Part shown: positions 11,601 to 23,600 of the stretch, piece after piece | How the letters are laid out: each line of letters begins with the position of its first letter | How positions within the stretch are numbered: position 1 is the stretch's first letter | Assembly (NCBI GenBank): GCA_016840065.1 | Contig: JAEOTB010000054.1 | Coordinates: 1 to 64,000, forward strand | DNA: 64,000 nt | Reading direction: 5' to 3' | Origin: Candidatus Hermodarchaeota archaeon | GTDB taxonomy: Archaea; Asgardarchaeota; Hermodarchaeia; Hermodarchaeales; Hermodarchaeaceae | Translations under genes and position numbers: made by a program | The notes under the pieces: generated by a model | What the model was told of the DNA's origin: nothing | What the model saw: only the letters and a program-made list of their open reading frames with translations | The model's database searches: none

Positions 11601-14600
11601 TCGCATAAGCAGTTACAGTCAAGGTGTAGCCAGCGCTAATGGACCAGCCATCAGTGTCCAAGACAGGAGTGAAGGTACCTGTAAAGGTTTGATCCCCGCC
11701 CACAGGACACCCAGAGACTGTTATGTTCGCTAGATTGCTAGTATCGAGAATTTGGCCTGTATCAAGATCTGTCCAGATAATAGTCAAAGAAGTGTTGAAG
11801 CCCCAAGGTGTAGGCTCGGGTGACTGGACCACAACCGCAGCATAATGAAGACGGATAGTGACGGTGACGCTTGCACTGCCATTCTGATAGAAGCCCAAGC
11901 TAGCATTTGCATAGATTGTCACTGTCAGCGTGTAGGACCCAACAGTCCAGCTATCCGTATCCAGAGTAAAGGACAACGAAGCAAAGGCCTGATCACCGCC
12001 CACCGGGCAACTGGATACCACAACAGATGAAAGGTTACCACTGGCGACATCGCTGCTACCAAGATCAAGATCCACCCACTGGACCGTGATGGAGGCATTG
12101 AAGTCGAAGGGAGTCTGTTCGGGAGGTGAGATTATACCCTGTGTCTGATGGGAGCGAATCGTCACTGTGACCAGACCACTACCATCTGCATAGGAGACAT
12201 TACTATATACGTATACAGTCAGGACGTAGCCAGCAACACCCCAATCTTTGGTATCAAGGGTGAAGGAGTAACTCCCAGTGAAGACCTGATCGCCTCCAAC
12301 AGGACAGCCTGTCACTGTGATGTTGTCAAGAGCATCAACTGAGATTGTAGTGCTGGTGTCAGTATCGGTGTAGGTGACGGTGAGACTGGTATTGGTTCCC
12401 CAGGCTGATTGTTGCGGCGGGTCAACAACCACACTTGAATAGTGGTTGCGAATCGTCACCGTTAAGGTGTAGCTGTCACCATTATATTGCTGCGGTGACA
12501 TATCAGGATAGAGGGTCACAGTCACCTGGTGTGAACCGACACCCCAGTCATCTGTAACCAGAGTGAAGGTGAAGCTACCAGTGAAGGTTTGATCACCGCC
12601 CACCGGACAATCACTAACAGTGATGTTGTCCAAGTTGACGACCGCGATGGTAGAGATGGTGTCAAGGTCGTTCCATGTGAGGGTTATTGAGGTGTTGAGC
12701 CCCCATCCAGTGGGTTCTGGAGTGGTTACGATGATTTCTGTGCGATGAACCCGAATGACTACGGTAACAGTAGTTATGGGGTCGCTGTAGTTGCGCGGAC
12801 CCGTGGTTGCATAGAGGTTCACCGTCAAGGTGTAGCCAGCGCTGATAGACCAGCCATCCGTATCTAATACAAAAGTGAAAGCTCCTGTGAAGACCTGGTC
12901 ACCACCAATCGGACAATTTGTAATGGTGATGTTCTCAAGATTACTTGTATCAAGAATAGAGCCTGTATCGAGGTCCGTCCATACAAGGGTGAGGGATGTG
13001 TTTTCGCCCCAAGGTGTTTGTTCGGGTGATTGAGCAACGACTGCTGTATAATGAAGTCTTATTGTAACCGTGACGCTTGCGCTGCTGTTCTGGTAGAAGC
13101 CCAGACTTGTATTGGCATAGATGGTAACTGTCAGTGTATAAGATCCAGTGATCCAAGAATCTGTGTCGAGGGTGAAGCTCAAACTGGCGAAGGTTTGATC
13201 ACCACCCAACGGACAGTTAGACACTACAACGGAGGATAGGTTCCCGCTGGCAACATCAGCGCTACCCAAGTCTAGATCGACCCATTGCACGGTGAGTGAG
13301 GTGTTGAAATCGAAGGGAGTCTGTTCAGGAGGAGACACTATAGTCTGGGTCTGGTGGGAGCGGATGGTTACTGTTACGAGGCCGCTACCATCAGCATAAG
13401 AGACATTGCTGTACACATACACGGTCAAGACGTGGCCTGCAACGCCCCAATCCTCAGTGTCGACTGTGAAAGTGAAGCTGCCTGTGAATACCTGATCGCC
13501 GCCTACAGGACACCCAGTTACCGTTATGTTGATTAGGGCGTCTACAGAGATTGTGGTGCTGGTGTCAGTATCGGTGTATGTAACCGAAAGGCTGGTGTTG
13601 GTTCCCCAGGCTGATTGTTGCGGCGGGTCAACAACCACACTTGAATAGTGGTTTCGGATTGTTACAGTCACAGTATAGCTATCCCAATCGTACAGTTGAG
13701 GTGACATATCGGGGTAAAGGGTGACATTCACCTGATGTGACCCAACACCCCAATCATCAGTGACCAGGGTGAAGGTGAAGCTACCCATGAAAGTCTGGTC
13801 GCCGCCCACTGGACAATTGGACACCGTGATGTTGTCCATATTTGCGATGGTGACGGTGGAGCCAGTGTCAAGGTCATTCCATACTAGGATTATTGAGGTG
13901 TTCAGCCCCCAACCAGTAGGTTCTGGCGTGGTGACGATGATTTCCGTGTTGTGAATACGAATAATCACCGTGACAGTGCTAGAAGCGTCGCTGTAGTTTT
14001 GAGGACCAGTGGTCGCAAAGAGATCCACCGTCAGGGAGTAGCCTGTACTAATTGACCAAGAATCAGTGTCCAGTACAAACGTGAAGGCCCCAGTGAAGAC
14101 CTGGTCACCACCCAACGGGCAGTTGGAGATGGTGATGTTCTCGAGATTACTGGTATCAAGAATAGCTCCTGTGTCAAGATCTGTCCACACAAGAGTAAGG
14201 GAGGTGTTCTCTCCCCAAGGAGTTTGTTCAGGTGATTGAACCACTACAGAAGTGTAGTGGATTCTGATTGTTATGGTTACACTGGAGCTGCTGTTCTGGT
14301 AGAAGCCTAGGCTAGCATTGGCATAAACGGTAACCGTTAGCGTATAGGAACTGGTGGTCCATGAGTCCGTATCGAGGATGAAACTCAAGCCACCAAATGT
14401 TTGGTCTCCTCCTACAGGACAGTTGGATACAACAATAGAGGAGAGGTTACCACTGGCGACATCGATGCTACCCAGATCTAGGTCGACCCATTGGACGGTG
14501 ATGGAGGTGTTGAAGTCGAATGGAGTTTGTTCTGGAGGAGACACTATAGTCTGGGTTTGGTGTGCTCGAATCGTTACTGTTACTGAACCGCTGCCATCAG

Positions 14601-17600
14601 CATAGGAGTCGTTACCGTACACATATACAGTTAGGACATGGTCTACGACACTCCAATCCTCAGTATCGAGGGTGAAGGAGTAGCTTCCGGTAAAGACTTG
14701 GTCGCCGCCCACTGGACAACCAGTGACTGTGATATTGATGAGCGCATCAACAGAGATTGTTGTGCTTGTATCGGTATCAGTGTAGGTAACCGTGAGGCTA
14801 GTATTGGTGCCCCAAGCCGATTGCTGCGGCGGATTCACAACCACGCTCGTGTAGTGGTTGCGAATCGTCACTGTTACTGTGTAACTATCAATGTCATATT
14901 GTTGCGGTGCCATGTCTGGGTAGAGGGTAATATTGACCGGGTGTGCGCCGACGCCCCAATAGTCAGTCACTAAGGTGAAGGTAAAGCTTCCCGTGAAAGT
15001 CTGATCCCCACCTACTGGACAATTACTCACGGTGATGTTGTCCAAGTTGACAACAGCGATAATGGAGCCAGTATCGAGGTCATTCCAGACCAGGGTGACG
15101 GAGGTGTTGAGTCCCCAGCCTGTAGGCTCAGGGGTTGTAACGATGATTTCTGTCCGGTGAACACGTATAACCACGGTTACCGTGGTTGTGGGATCGTTGT
15201 AATTGCGAGGTCCGGTCATCGCGTAGAGGTTCACCGTTAGGGAGTAGCCGGCGCTGATAGACCAGGAGTCCGTGTCAAGAGTGAAGGTAAAGGTGCCCGT
15301 GAAGACCTGGTCACCACCTACGGGACAATTGGTGATGGTGATGTTCGCCAAGTTACTCGTATCTAGAATGGCGCCAGTGTCGAGGTCAGTCCATACCAGG
15401 GTAAGGCTGGTGTTGAAGCCCCAAGGCGTTTGTTCGGGTGACTGGGCCACGACCGCTGTATAATGCAACCTGATGGTGACGGTGACACTTGAACTGCTAT
15501 TCTGGTAGAAGCCCAAGCTGACGTTAGCGTAAATCGTCACCGTTAGGGTGTAGGACCCAGTGGTCCACGAGTCCGTGTCAAGGATGAAGCTGAGGCTCGC
15601 GAAGGTCTGATCCCCACCCACTGGACAATTGGACACAACAATGGAGGAGAGGTTACCACTCGGTACATCAGAGCTACCAAGGTCTAGATCTACCCACCGT
15701 ACACTGATGGAGGTGTTGAAGTCGAAAGGCGTCTGTTCGGGTGGTGAGACGATGGCTTGCGTTTGGTGGGAGCGGATGGTTACTGTTACTAGTCCACTAC
15801 CATCGGCGTAGGAATCATTCCCATAAACGTAAACAGTCAAGACGTGGTCTGCTACACCCCAATCTTCAGTGTCGAGGATGAATGAGAAGGTGCCCGTGAA
15901 GACTTGGTCGCCACCCACGGGGCATCCGGTGACGGTGATGTTGATGAGGGCATCTACGGAGATTGTAGTGCTTGTATCAGTGTCCGTGTAGGTTACAGTT
16001 AAACTAGTGTTGGTTCCCCAAGCTGACTGTTGCGGTGGATCTACAACCACGCTCGTATAATGGTTGCGAATTGTGATGGTTACCGTGTAACTGTCGATAT
16101 CATAGAGTTGGGGTGCCATGTCTGGGTAGAGGGTGACACTCACTTGATGTGAACCCACACCCCAATTGTCGGTTACCAGGGTGAAAGTGTAGCTGCCAGT
16201 GAAGACTTGGTCGCCACCCACCGGGCAATTACTAACGGTGATATTGTCCAAGTTGACAACAGCAATAGTGGAGCCAGTATCGAGGTCATTCCAGACCAAG
16301 GTACTGGAGGTGTTCAGTCCCCAGCCTGTGGGCGCGGGGGTAGTGACGATGATTTCAGTACGGTGGGTTCTTACTACTACTGTGACGCTTGTTGTGGGAT
16401 CGTTGTAATTGCGAGGTCCGGTCGTCGCGTAGAGGTTCACCGTCAGTGTGTAGCCGGCGCTGATAGACCAGCTGTCTGTGTCAAGAGTGAAGGTAAAGGT
16501 GCCCGTGAAGACTTGGTCGCCGCCCACGGGGCAATTGGTGATGGTGATGTTCTGCAGGTTACTGGTGTCGAGGATAGCTCCCGTGTCCAAGTCAGTCCAA
16601 ACTAGGATAAGACTAGTGTTTTCACCCCAAGGCGTATGTTCGGGTGATTGAGCCACAACGGCAGTGTAGTGCAGCCGTATTGTTACCGTGACGCTGGCGC
16701 TGCTGTTCTGGTAGAAGCCCAGGCTGACGTTGGCATAAACGGTAACCGTTAGCGTATAGGACCCAGTGGTCCAAGAGTCCGTATCGAGGGTGAAGCTGAG
16801 GCTAGTAAACGTCTGATCGCCACCCACCGGGCAATTCGAAATCACAACTGATGAAAGGTTACCACTGGCGACATCTACACTTCCTAGGTCGAGGTCCACC
16901 CACTGCACAGTTATGGAGGTGTTGAAATCGAAGGGGGTTTGCTCAGGAGGAGATACAATGGTTTGAGTTTGGTGGCTTCTGATGGTGACCGTCACTGAAC
17001 CACTGCCAGTGTCGTAGGAAGTGTTGCCGTAGACGTATACGGTTAGGGTATGTCCGTCAACGCCCCAACCCTCTGTATCCAAAATTATGGTGAGACTGCC
17101 AGTGAAGGTTTGATCGCCGCCTACTGGACAGCCCGTGACGGTTATGTTGTCGAGAGCGGAGACGGAGATAGTGGTGCTGGTATCTACATCCTCCCAGTTC
17201 ACGACCAGAGTTGTGTTTTCACCCCAAGCGGTTTGGGCGGGAGGATTGATGGTCACGGAAACATAGTGGGCACGGATGGTTATTGTCACCGTGTAGATGT
17301 CCGTCTCATATTGCTGTGGTGACATATCGGGGTAGACCGTGATTGTGATTTGATAGCTGCCTACGCTCCAGTCATCGGTTTTTAGCGTGAAGCTTAGGCT
17401 ACCGGTGAAGGTCTGGTTGCCGCCGACAGGACAGTTGGACACGGTAATGTTGTCGAGGTTGCTGACATTGATTGATGTGCCTGTGTCGAGGTCGTTCCAT
17501 GTAACGGTAATGGAGGTGTTTAGGTCAAAGGCAGTAGGTGCCGGTGTGGAAGCGATGGCTTCTGCCTGATGGATGCGGATGACCACCGTGACGCTTCCTG

Positions 17601-20600
17601 TGGCATCACTATAGTTGCGTGGACCAGTGGTCGCATAGATGGTCACACTGAGCGAGTAACCTGCGCTGATGGACCAAGAGTCCGTGTCCAAGGTCGGAGC
17701 GAAGGTGCCAGTGAAAGTTTGGTTACCACCCACCGGACATCCTGACACTGTTATATTACTCAGGTTACTGGTGTCAAGAATAGCTCCTGTATCGAGATCT
17801 GTCCAGATGATAGTGAGCGAGGTGTTTTCACTCCAAGGCGTGGGTTCGGGGGATTGAACCACTACGGTTGTGTAGTGGATTCTGATGATGACGGTTACGC
17901 TACTGCTGCTATTCTGATAGAAGCCAAGGGCAGCACTAGCGTTGATGGTGATTGTTAGTGTGTAAGATCCTACGGACCAGCTGTCAGTGTCGAGGGTGAA
18001 GCTTAAGCTACTGAAAGTTTGGTCGCCGCCCACTGGGCAATTAGACACAACCACGGCGGAGAGGTTGCCGCTAGGCACATCACTGCTACCTAAATCGATG
18101 TCCACCCACTGCACAGTTATGGAGGTGTTGAAATCGAAGGGGGTCTGCTCAGGGGGTGAGGTTATTGTCTGGGTTTGGTGGGCGCGGATGGTTATGGTGA
18201 CGGTGCCGTCTCCAGTGTCGTAGGAGGTGTTGCCGTATACGTAGACGGTGAGGCTGTAGGAGTTGACGCCCCAGTCCTCTGTATCGAGGGTGAAGGTGAG
18301 GGAACCGGTGAATACCTGGTCTCCTCCTACGGGACAGTTGGTGACGGTGATGTTGATGAGGGCGGAGACACTGATGTCGCTATCAGTGTCGATGTCTCGC
18401 CAATTGACGGTGAGGCTCGTGTTTGTGCCCCATGGATTTTGGGCTGGTGGGTCAACGGTAACTGTGACATAGTGGGCGCGGATGGTTATGGTGAGGTTGT
18501 AGCTGTCGATGTCGTAGAGTTGGGGTGCCATGTCTGGGTAGGCGGTGACGGTGATGAGGTGGGCTCCGACATTCCAGTCGTCACAGACCAAGGTGAAGAT
18601 GAAGCTGCCTGTGAAGGTCTGGTTGCCGCCAACGGGAGTGTTGGAAACGGTGATATTGTCGAGGTTGCTGACATCGATGGTTGTTCCTAGGTCTAGGTCA
18701 TTCCAGGTCACGGTCAGGGAGGTGTTGAGACCCCAGGCAATGGGTGCGGGGGTGTTGACTATGACTTCGACTCGGTGGAGCCGTACCACCACAGTGACTG
18801 ACCCACTCGCGTCAGCATAGTTACCTGAAGCGGTATAGACGGTCACAGTGAGCGAGTAACCGGTGCTGATGGACCAGGAGTCCGTGTCCAAAGTGGGCGA
18901 GAAAGTACCAGTGAAGGTTTGGTCGCCACCGACCGGGCAATCAGAGACCGTGATATTATCAAGCTGGCTGGTGCTCAATATTTGGCCCGTATCGAGATCT
19001 GTCCAGATGACAGTAAGGGTGGTGTTCAACCCATAAGGTGTGGAGTTGGGTGGCTGAACTGTTACAGCGGTGTAGTGGATTCGTATGATGACGGTTAAGC
19101 TACTGCTACTGTTCAGGTAGTAGCCGAAGGCTCCGTTTGCATAAACGGAAACAGTTAGGACATAGGTTCCAACCGTCCAAGAGTCGGTATCTAGAGTGAA
19201 GCTAAGGGAATAGAAGGTTTGGTCGCCACCGACCGGACAATTGGATACGACGATGGAGGAGAGGTTACCGCTGGGCACATCACTGCTACCCAAGTCTAGA
19301 TCCACCCAATCAACTGAGATTGAGGTGTTGAAGTCGAATGGAGTCTGTTCAGGGGGTGATACTACAGTTTGGGTTTGGTGTTCTCTTATGGTTATGATGA
19401 CAGGTCCGTTGGTCGCGTAGTAACTGGAGTTGCCGTAGACATAGATTGTGAGACTAAAACTCCCTACGCTCCAGGCTTCAGTGTCAAGGATGAAGGTGAA
19501 ACTGCCAGTGAAGGTTTGGTCACCGCCCACCGGGCATCCAGTGACGGTGATATTATCGAGGGCGGTGAGGTCGATGGCAGTGGAGGTGTCAGAGTCCTGC
19601 CAGTTGATGGTCACAGAGGTGTTGGTACCCCATGGGCTTTGAGCGGGTGGGTCGGCTGTGACGCTGGCGTAGTGGGCGCGGATAGTGACGGTTACTTGAT
19701 AGCTACCGATTTGGTAGTTGTTTGTGTTGGAGTAGACGGTTGCGTTGACGAGGTGGTCGCCCACACTCCAGGTATCTGTTTTGAGGGTGAAGGGGCCAAT
19801 GGTGGAGGAGCTTTGGTCGCCGCCCACCGGGCAGTTGCTGATGGTTACATTGTCTAGTTCGGTGTCTGTGAGAGTGGTTCCGTTGTCCAGATCTGTCCAG
19901 GTGACGGTGAGGCTTGCGTTGAGTCCCCAGGCTGTTGGGTTGGGTGTTTGGATTGAGACGCTTACTCGGTGGGCTCGGATGGTGACTTGGACGGTGGCGT
20001 TGTCGTCTTCGTAGAGGCGGGGTGAGGTGAGGGCATATACCTGGACTGTGAGGGTTTCGGTGGCCAAGTTCCAGGTGCTTGTGTCGAGCCAGAAGGTAAG
20101 GCTGTTGGCTGTTGTTACCAAGCTGCCGTTAGCGAATAGTACGGTGACGTTCAGGAGGTCCGAGTCAGTGAGGAGGGATCCATCTTCGAGGTCCGTCCAT
20201 TGGACGACTAGCTGGGTTTGCCATCCCCAGGGCGTTTCATCTGGGGGTTCGACAAAGACGGCTGTCTGGTGGGTGCGGATCGTTATTCTTAGGTTGCCCT
20301 GGCTGTAAACATAGAGGCTAGTGTTGGAGTAGACATAGGCGGTCAGGTTGTAGGTGTTCGTCGTCCAGTCATCAGTGTCGAGGATGAAGGTGAGGCTGGT
20401 GTGGTTGGAGATTGCGGTACCATTCTGGAAGCGGACATCCACACGATCTAGGACACTAGCTGTGAGGTCAGTATTTGTGTCAAGATCTGTCCAGGTGACG
20501 GTAACGGTGACGTTGTTGCCGATGCCTACGGGGTCGGGCTGGTCTACTATTGTTTGTGTGAGGTGCGCCCTTATGTCGAAGGTAAGGCTCCGGCTGGCAC

Positions 20601-23600
20601 TGGTGTAGTCAGTACTAGTGGGTGTGACCGTTATGTCTAGCTCATAGAGGGCGACCTCGGTGAGTACTGAGGCGTTAATCGTGATAAGGTATTCTCCGCC
20701 CCCTAGGGAGGTCCAGGTGAAGTTGATGTTTAGGACCAGTGGCGTCCCATTTAGTTCACAGGTTATGGTTGTGACTGCTGGGAAGGTTCCGTGTTCGCTA
20801 CTGGCGGAGTCATCAACAAAGTAGTTGATGGTGACGCTCATGTCGGTGCCCCAGGGTTCGGGGTTGGGGGCGTCGTAGAAGACTACGGTGTTAATCTGCC
20901 GGAGCGTTAAGATCACATCTACTGTGCGGTTAGCGTAGAAGGGGTTGTTTGCTCCAGCGGCATCATACCAGGTGAAGTTAACAGTAAAGGTGTATTGACC
21001 TGCTCCTGGGAGGGTGGAGGTGTCGATGGTGATGTTCCATATTCCAGCGGCAAATTCAGTTATGGTCGCGTCGGTCCAGAGGGCTCCTGAATACCAGAGG
21101 GTGAGGTTGACGTTGGGGGAGCTGGGGAGATTTGCTCCACCTTCATCCAGGTCGGTTATGGTGACTGTGAGGTTAGCTTGCTCGTTGAGTGGGAGGGTGG
21201 AGGGAGTGGTTGAGGAGAGTTGGGTGTTTCTGGCCCGTACGCTGACATAAGCAGTCACGGTCCTGTTGGCAAAGAAGGGGTCATTGGCTGAGCCGTTGAG
21301 GTACCAGTAGAAGCGGATTTCAAAGGTGTGGGTGCCAAGCCCCTCAAGATAGCTGGTGTTTAAACTGATTTCGTACACTCCTATTGAGCCGCTATAGGTG
21401 ATGGTAGCATACCCGAGGGTATCCCATCGGTGGGTGCTGTTCCAGACTTGGAGGTGGATGTGCCCGGTACTGTTACTTACGGGGTTGCTGCTGTTATCAA
21501 GGTCTGTAAGGGTGATGTCGAATACCGAGTCATTCCCGAAGGGAACGGTGAGGATGGCCCCGGTAGAGAGTTGAGTGTTTCGTGCTTGTACCAAGATGGT
21601 TAGGGTGAGGGTTTGGGTCTGGTAGCTTGTTCTTTGGGCTGTGACGGTCATGTAGTAGGTTCCAGGTTCGCTGACTTCGCCCGAGTCTATAGTGAAGTTG
21701 TACCATCCGCTGCCCTGCGCGGTGGGATTGACGGCGTTGGTCCAGTTTGAGGTGACTGTGGCGCTTTCGATTCCCGTCTCATCCACTTCTCGTCTATAGG
21801 CGAAGTTGACATTGGTTGTCTCCCCATAGGGAATCGAGAATCCTGGAGTGGAGGGAGATGTCAGGGTTGTCTCCTCGACCACACTGACGGTTATCAGGCA
21901 GTAGGCATCAGCATGGTACTGTTTTGTGGCGTTCACTCGGAGAGTATAGTTTCCTGCATTCTGGGCAGTAGAGTCGAGTTCTACGACATAGAAACCGCCG
22001 ACTAGCTCGAAGGTGTCAGAGCCCGTCCAATTACCCACAACGGTTGCACCCTCAAGGAAGGTGTCCGTGGGAGAGGTATCATTACTATAGAAACGGACTC
22101 GCGGGTAGAAATAGCTGCCCGTCTGACGAATCACCTCAATCGTACTATATTGGGGAATAAGGGTGGTTGTCCCGTGGGTAACTGTTATAATGGTGGAGTT
22201 AAAGCCAGCCGCAGTCATGGATTGTGTGTCGCCATTATCATAGCTTACGCAGAGAGTGTATTCGCCTGCAGCGAATTCGGTTCCATTGTCAAAACTTACC
22301 GCGGAGAAGGAGGCGGCGCCTGCGACGACTGATTGTGTGTCCTCAGCGACAATGGTACCTGAGGGATCATAAAGAGTGAGGTTTGCTTCACCAGTGGTCT
22401 TGCCGAAGGTTGCGCTAACAGAAAGGCTGTTCGGCGTATTAGGTGCAATTTGGAAGGTATCAAAATTAAGGGTGACCGTATCGACTCGATTTGGTGAGGT
22501 TAGGGTAAAGTTCCACCAGCCGTAGGCATCGTTGATGGTGGAGTGGGTCATGCGGATGTGAGTACTGTTGCTGTCAGTGGTTACAGGGCTTGTACGGTTA
22601 TTGAAGAGCGCGTCGATGACCGTATCTATTGTCCATGTCTCAGTGGTGGGCAGAGCGATAGTGAGGTTATAATCGTCAAAGTAGAAAGGTTGGTACGCAT
22701 AGTACCATGTGTTCCAGTATACACTGGTTTCGTTCTGAGCCGAGAAGGTTGTACCCTCTGGCCCTGTCTGCTGCTCGGTGGTGGAATCCTTTGTTATGTA
22801 AAGAGTGAGATTGTAATCAAAGTAGACGCCGCTGCTGTTGCTGGAGTAGGTCTCCCAGAGGGCTTGCACCGTTGAATGGCTAGCACCCGGGTTTGCCCAG
22901 GTTCCGGTGAGGGTGATGGTGCCGGTTCCATAACCGGTGCTGGTCACAGCGGTGCTGTTCAGGCGGAGGTCAACCCAGGCATGGTCTGGTTGTGCCTTTC
23001 CTGTTATCTCCAGTGTGACATCATCGAAGTCTAGAGCCCATTCCTCAGCTGCCGGGGCGTCGACGTCCGCGGTGAAGCTGAGTCCCAGCCGGACTGTGAG
23101 AAGTGGCAGGCTCCATGTGAGAATGTCATCATAAGGAATACTCACATTGACCTGATACCATTGCCCATCGTTCGGAGCTGTTGATGCTAGGAGTCTTGGG
23201 TAAACTATCCCTTCAACTTCGACATAGATGACTAGGTTACCTCGGCAGTCTGGTTGACCCACAGAGATTTGGTTTACTTGGACATAGAATGTCAGCTTTG
23301 CATATGATACGTCGGTTCGGGGAATGCTTATGTTGTTGAACCAGGCAGCATAGGAGTCGTCATTCATGTCATAGTTATTGCTCCAGGCGGCTTGAACGCG
23401 AACACCATTTGTACTAGACCGACCATAGGAAGTTCCATACGAACCAGAATGGGAGTTAGGGCTTGCGACCCAGTAGCTGGTGTAGTTCCATTCGGTGGGG
23501 TCTGATCCGCTGCTGGCTTCAAAGTCGCCGTTCTCGCGGGTTCCATTTATCCAGTAGAGTTTGTCGTGGAGGTTATCGACATTGCCTATTAGCTCGTAGC

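Noticed and set aside
7930-19977. Repeat array as CRISPR, satellite or assembly artefact
   Set aside because: Units are in-frame coding, 1206 nt long and differ at many synonymous sites; there is no repeat-spacer structure and no identical full copies.
7930-19977. Calling the giant protein a true cadherin, titin or thioester protein
   Set aside because: Only a DxD motif and architectural analogy are visible; full cadherin (LDRE, DxNDN) and complement CGEQ motifs are absent.
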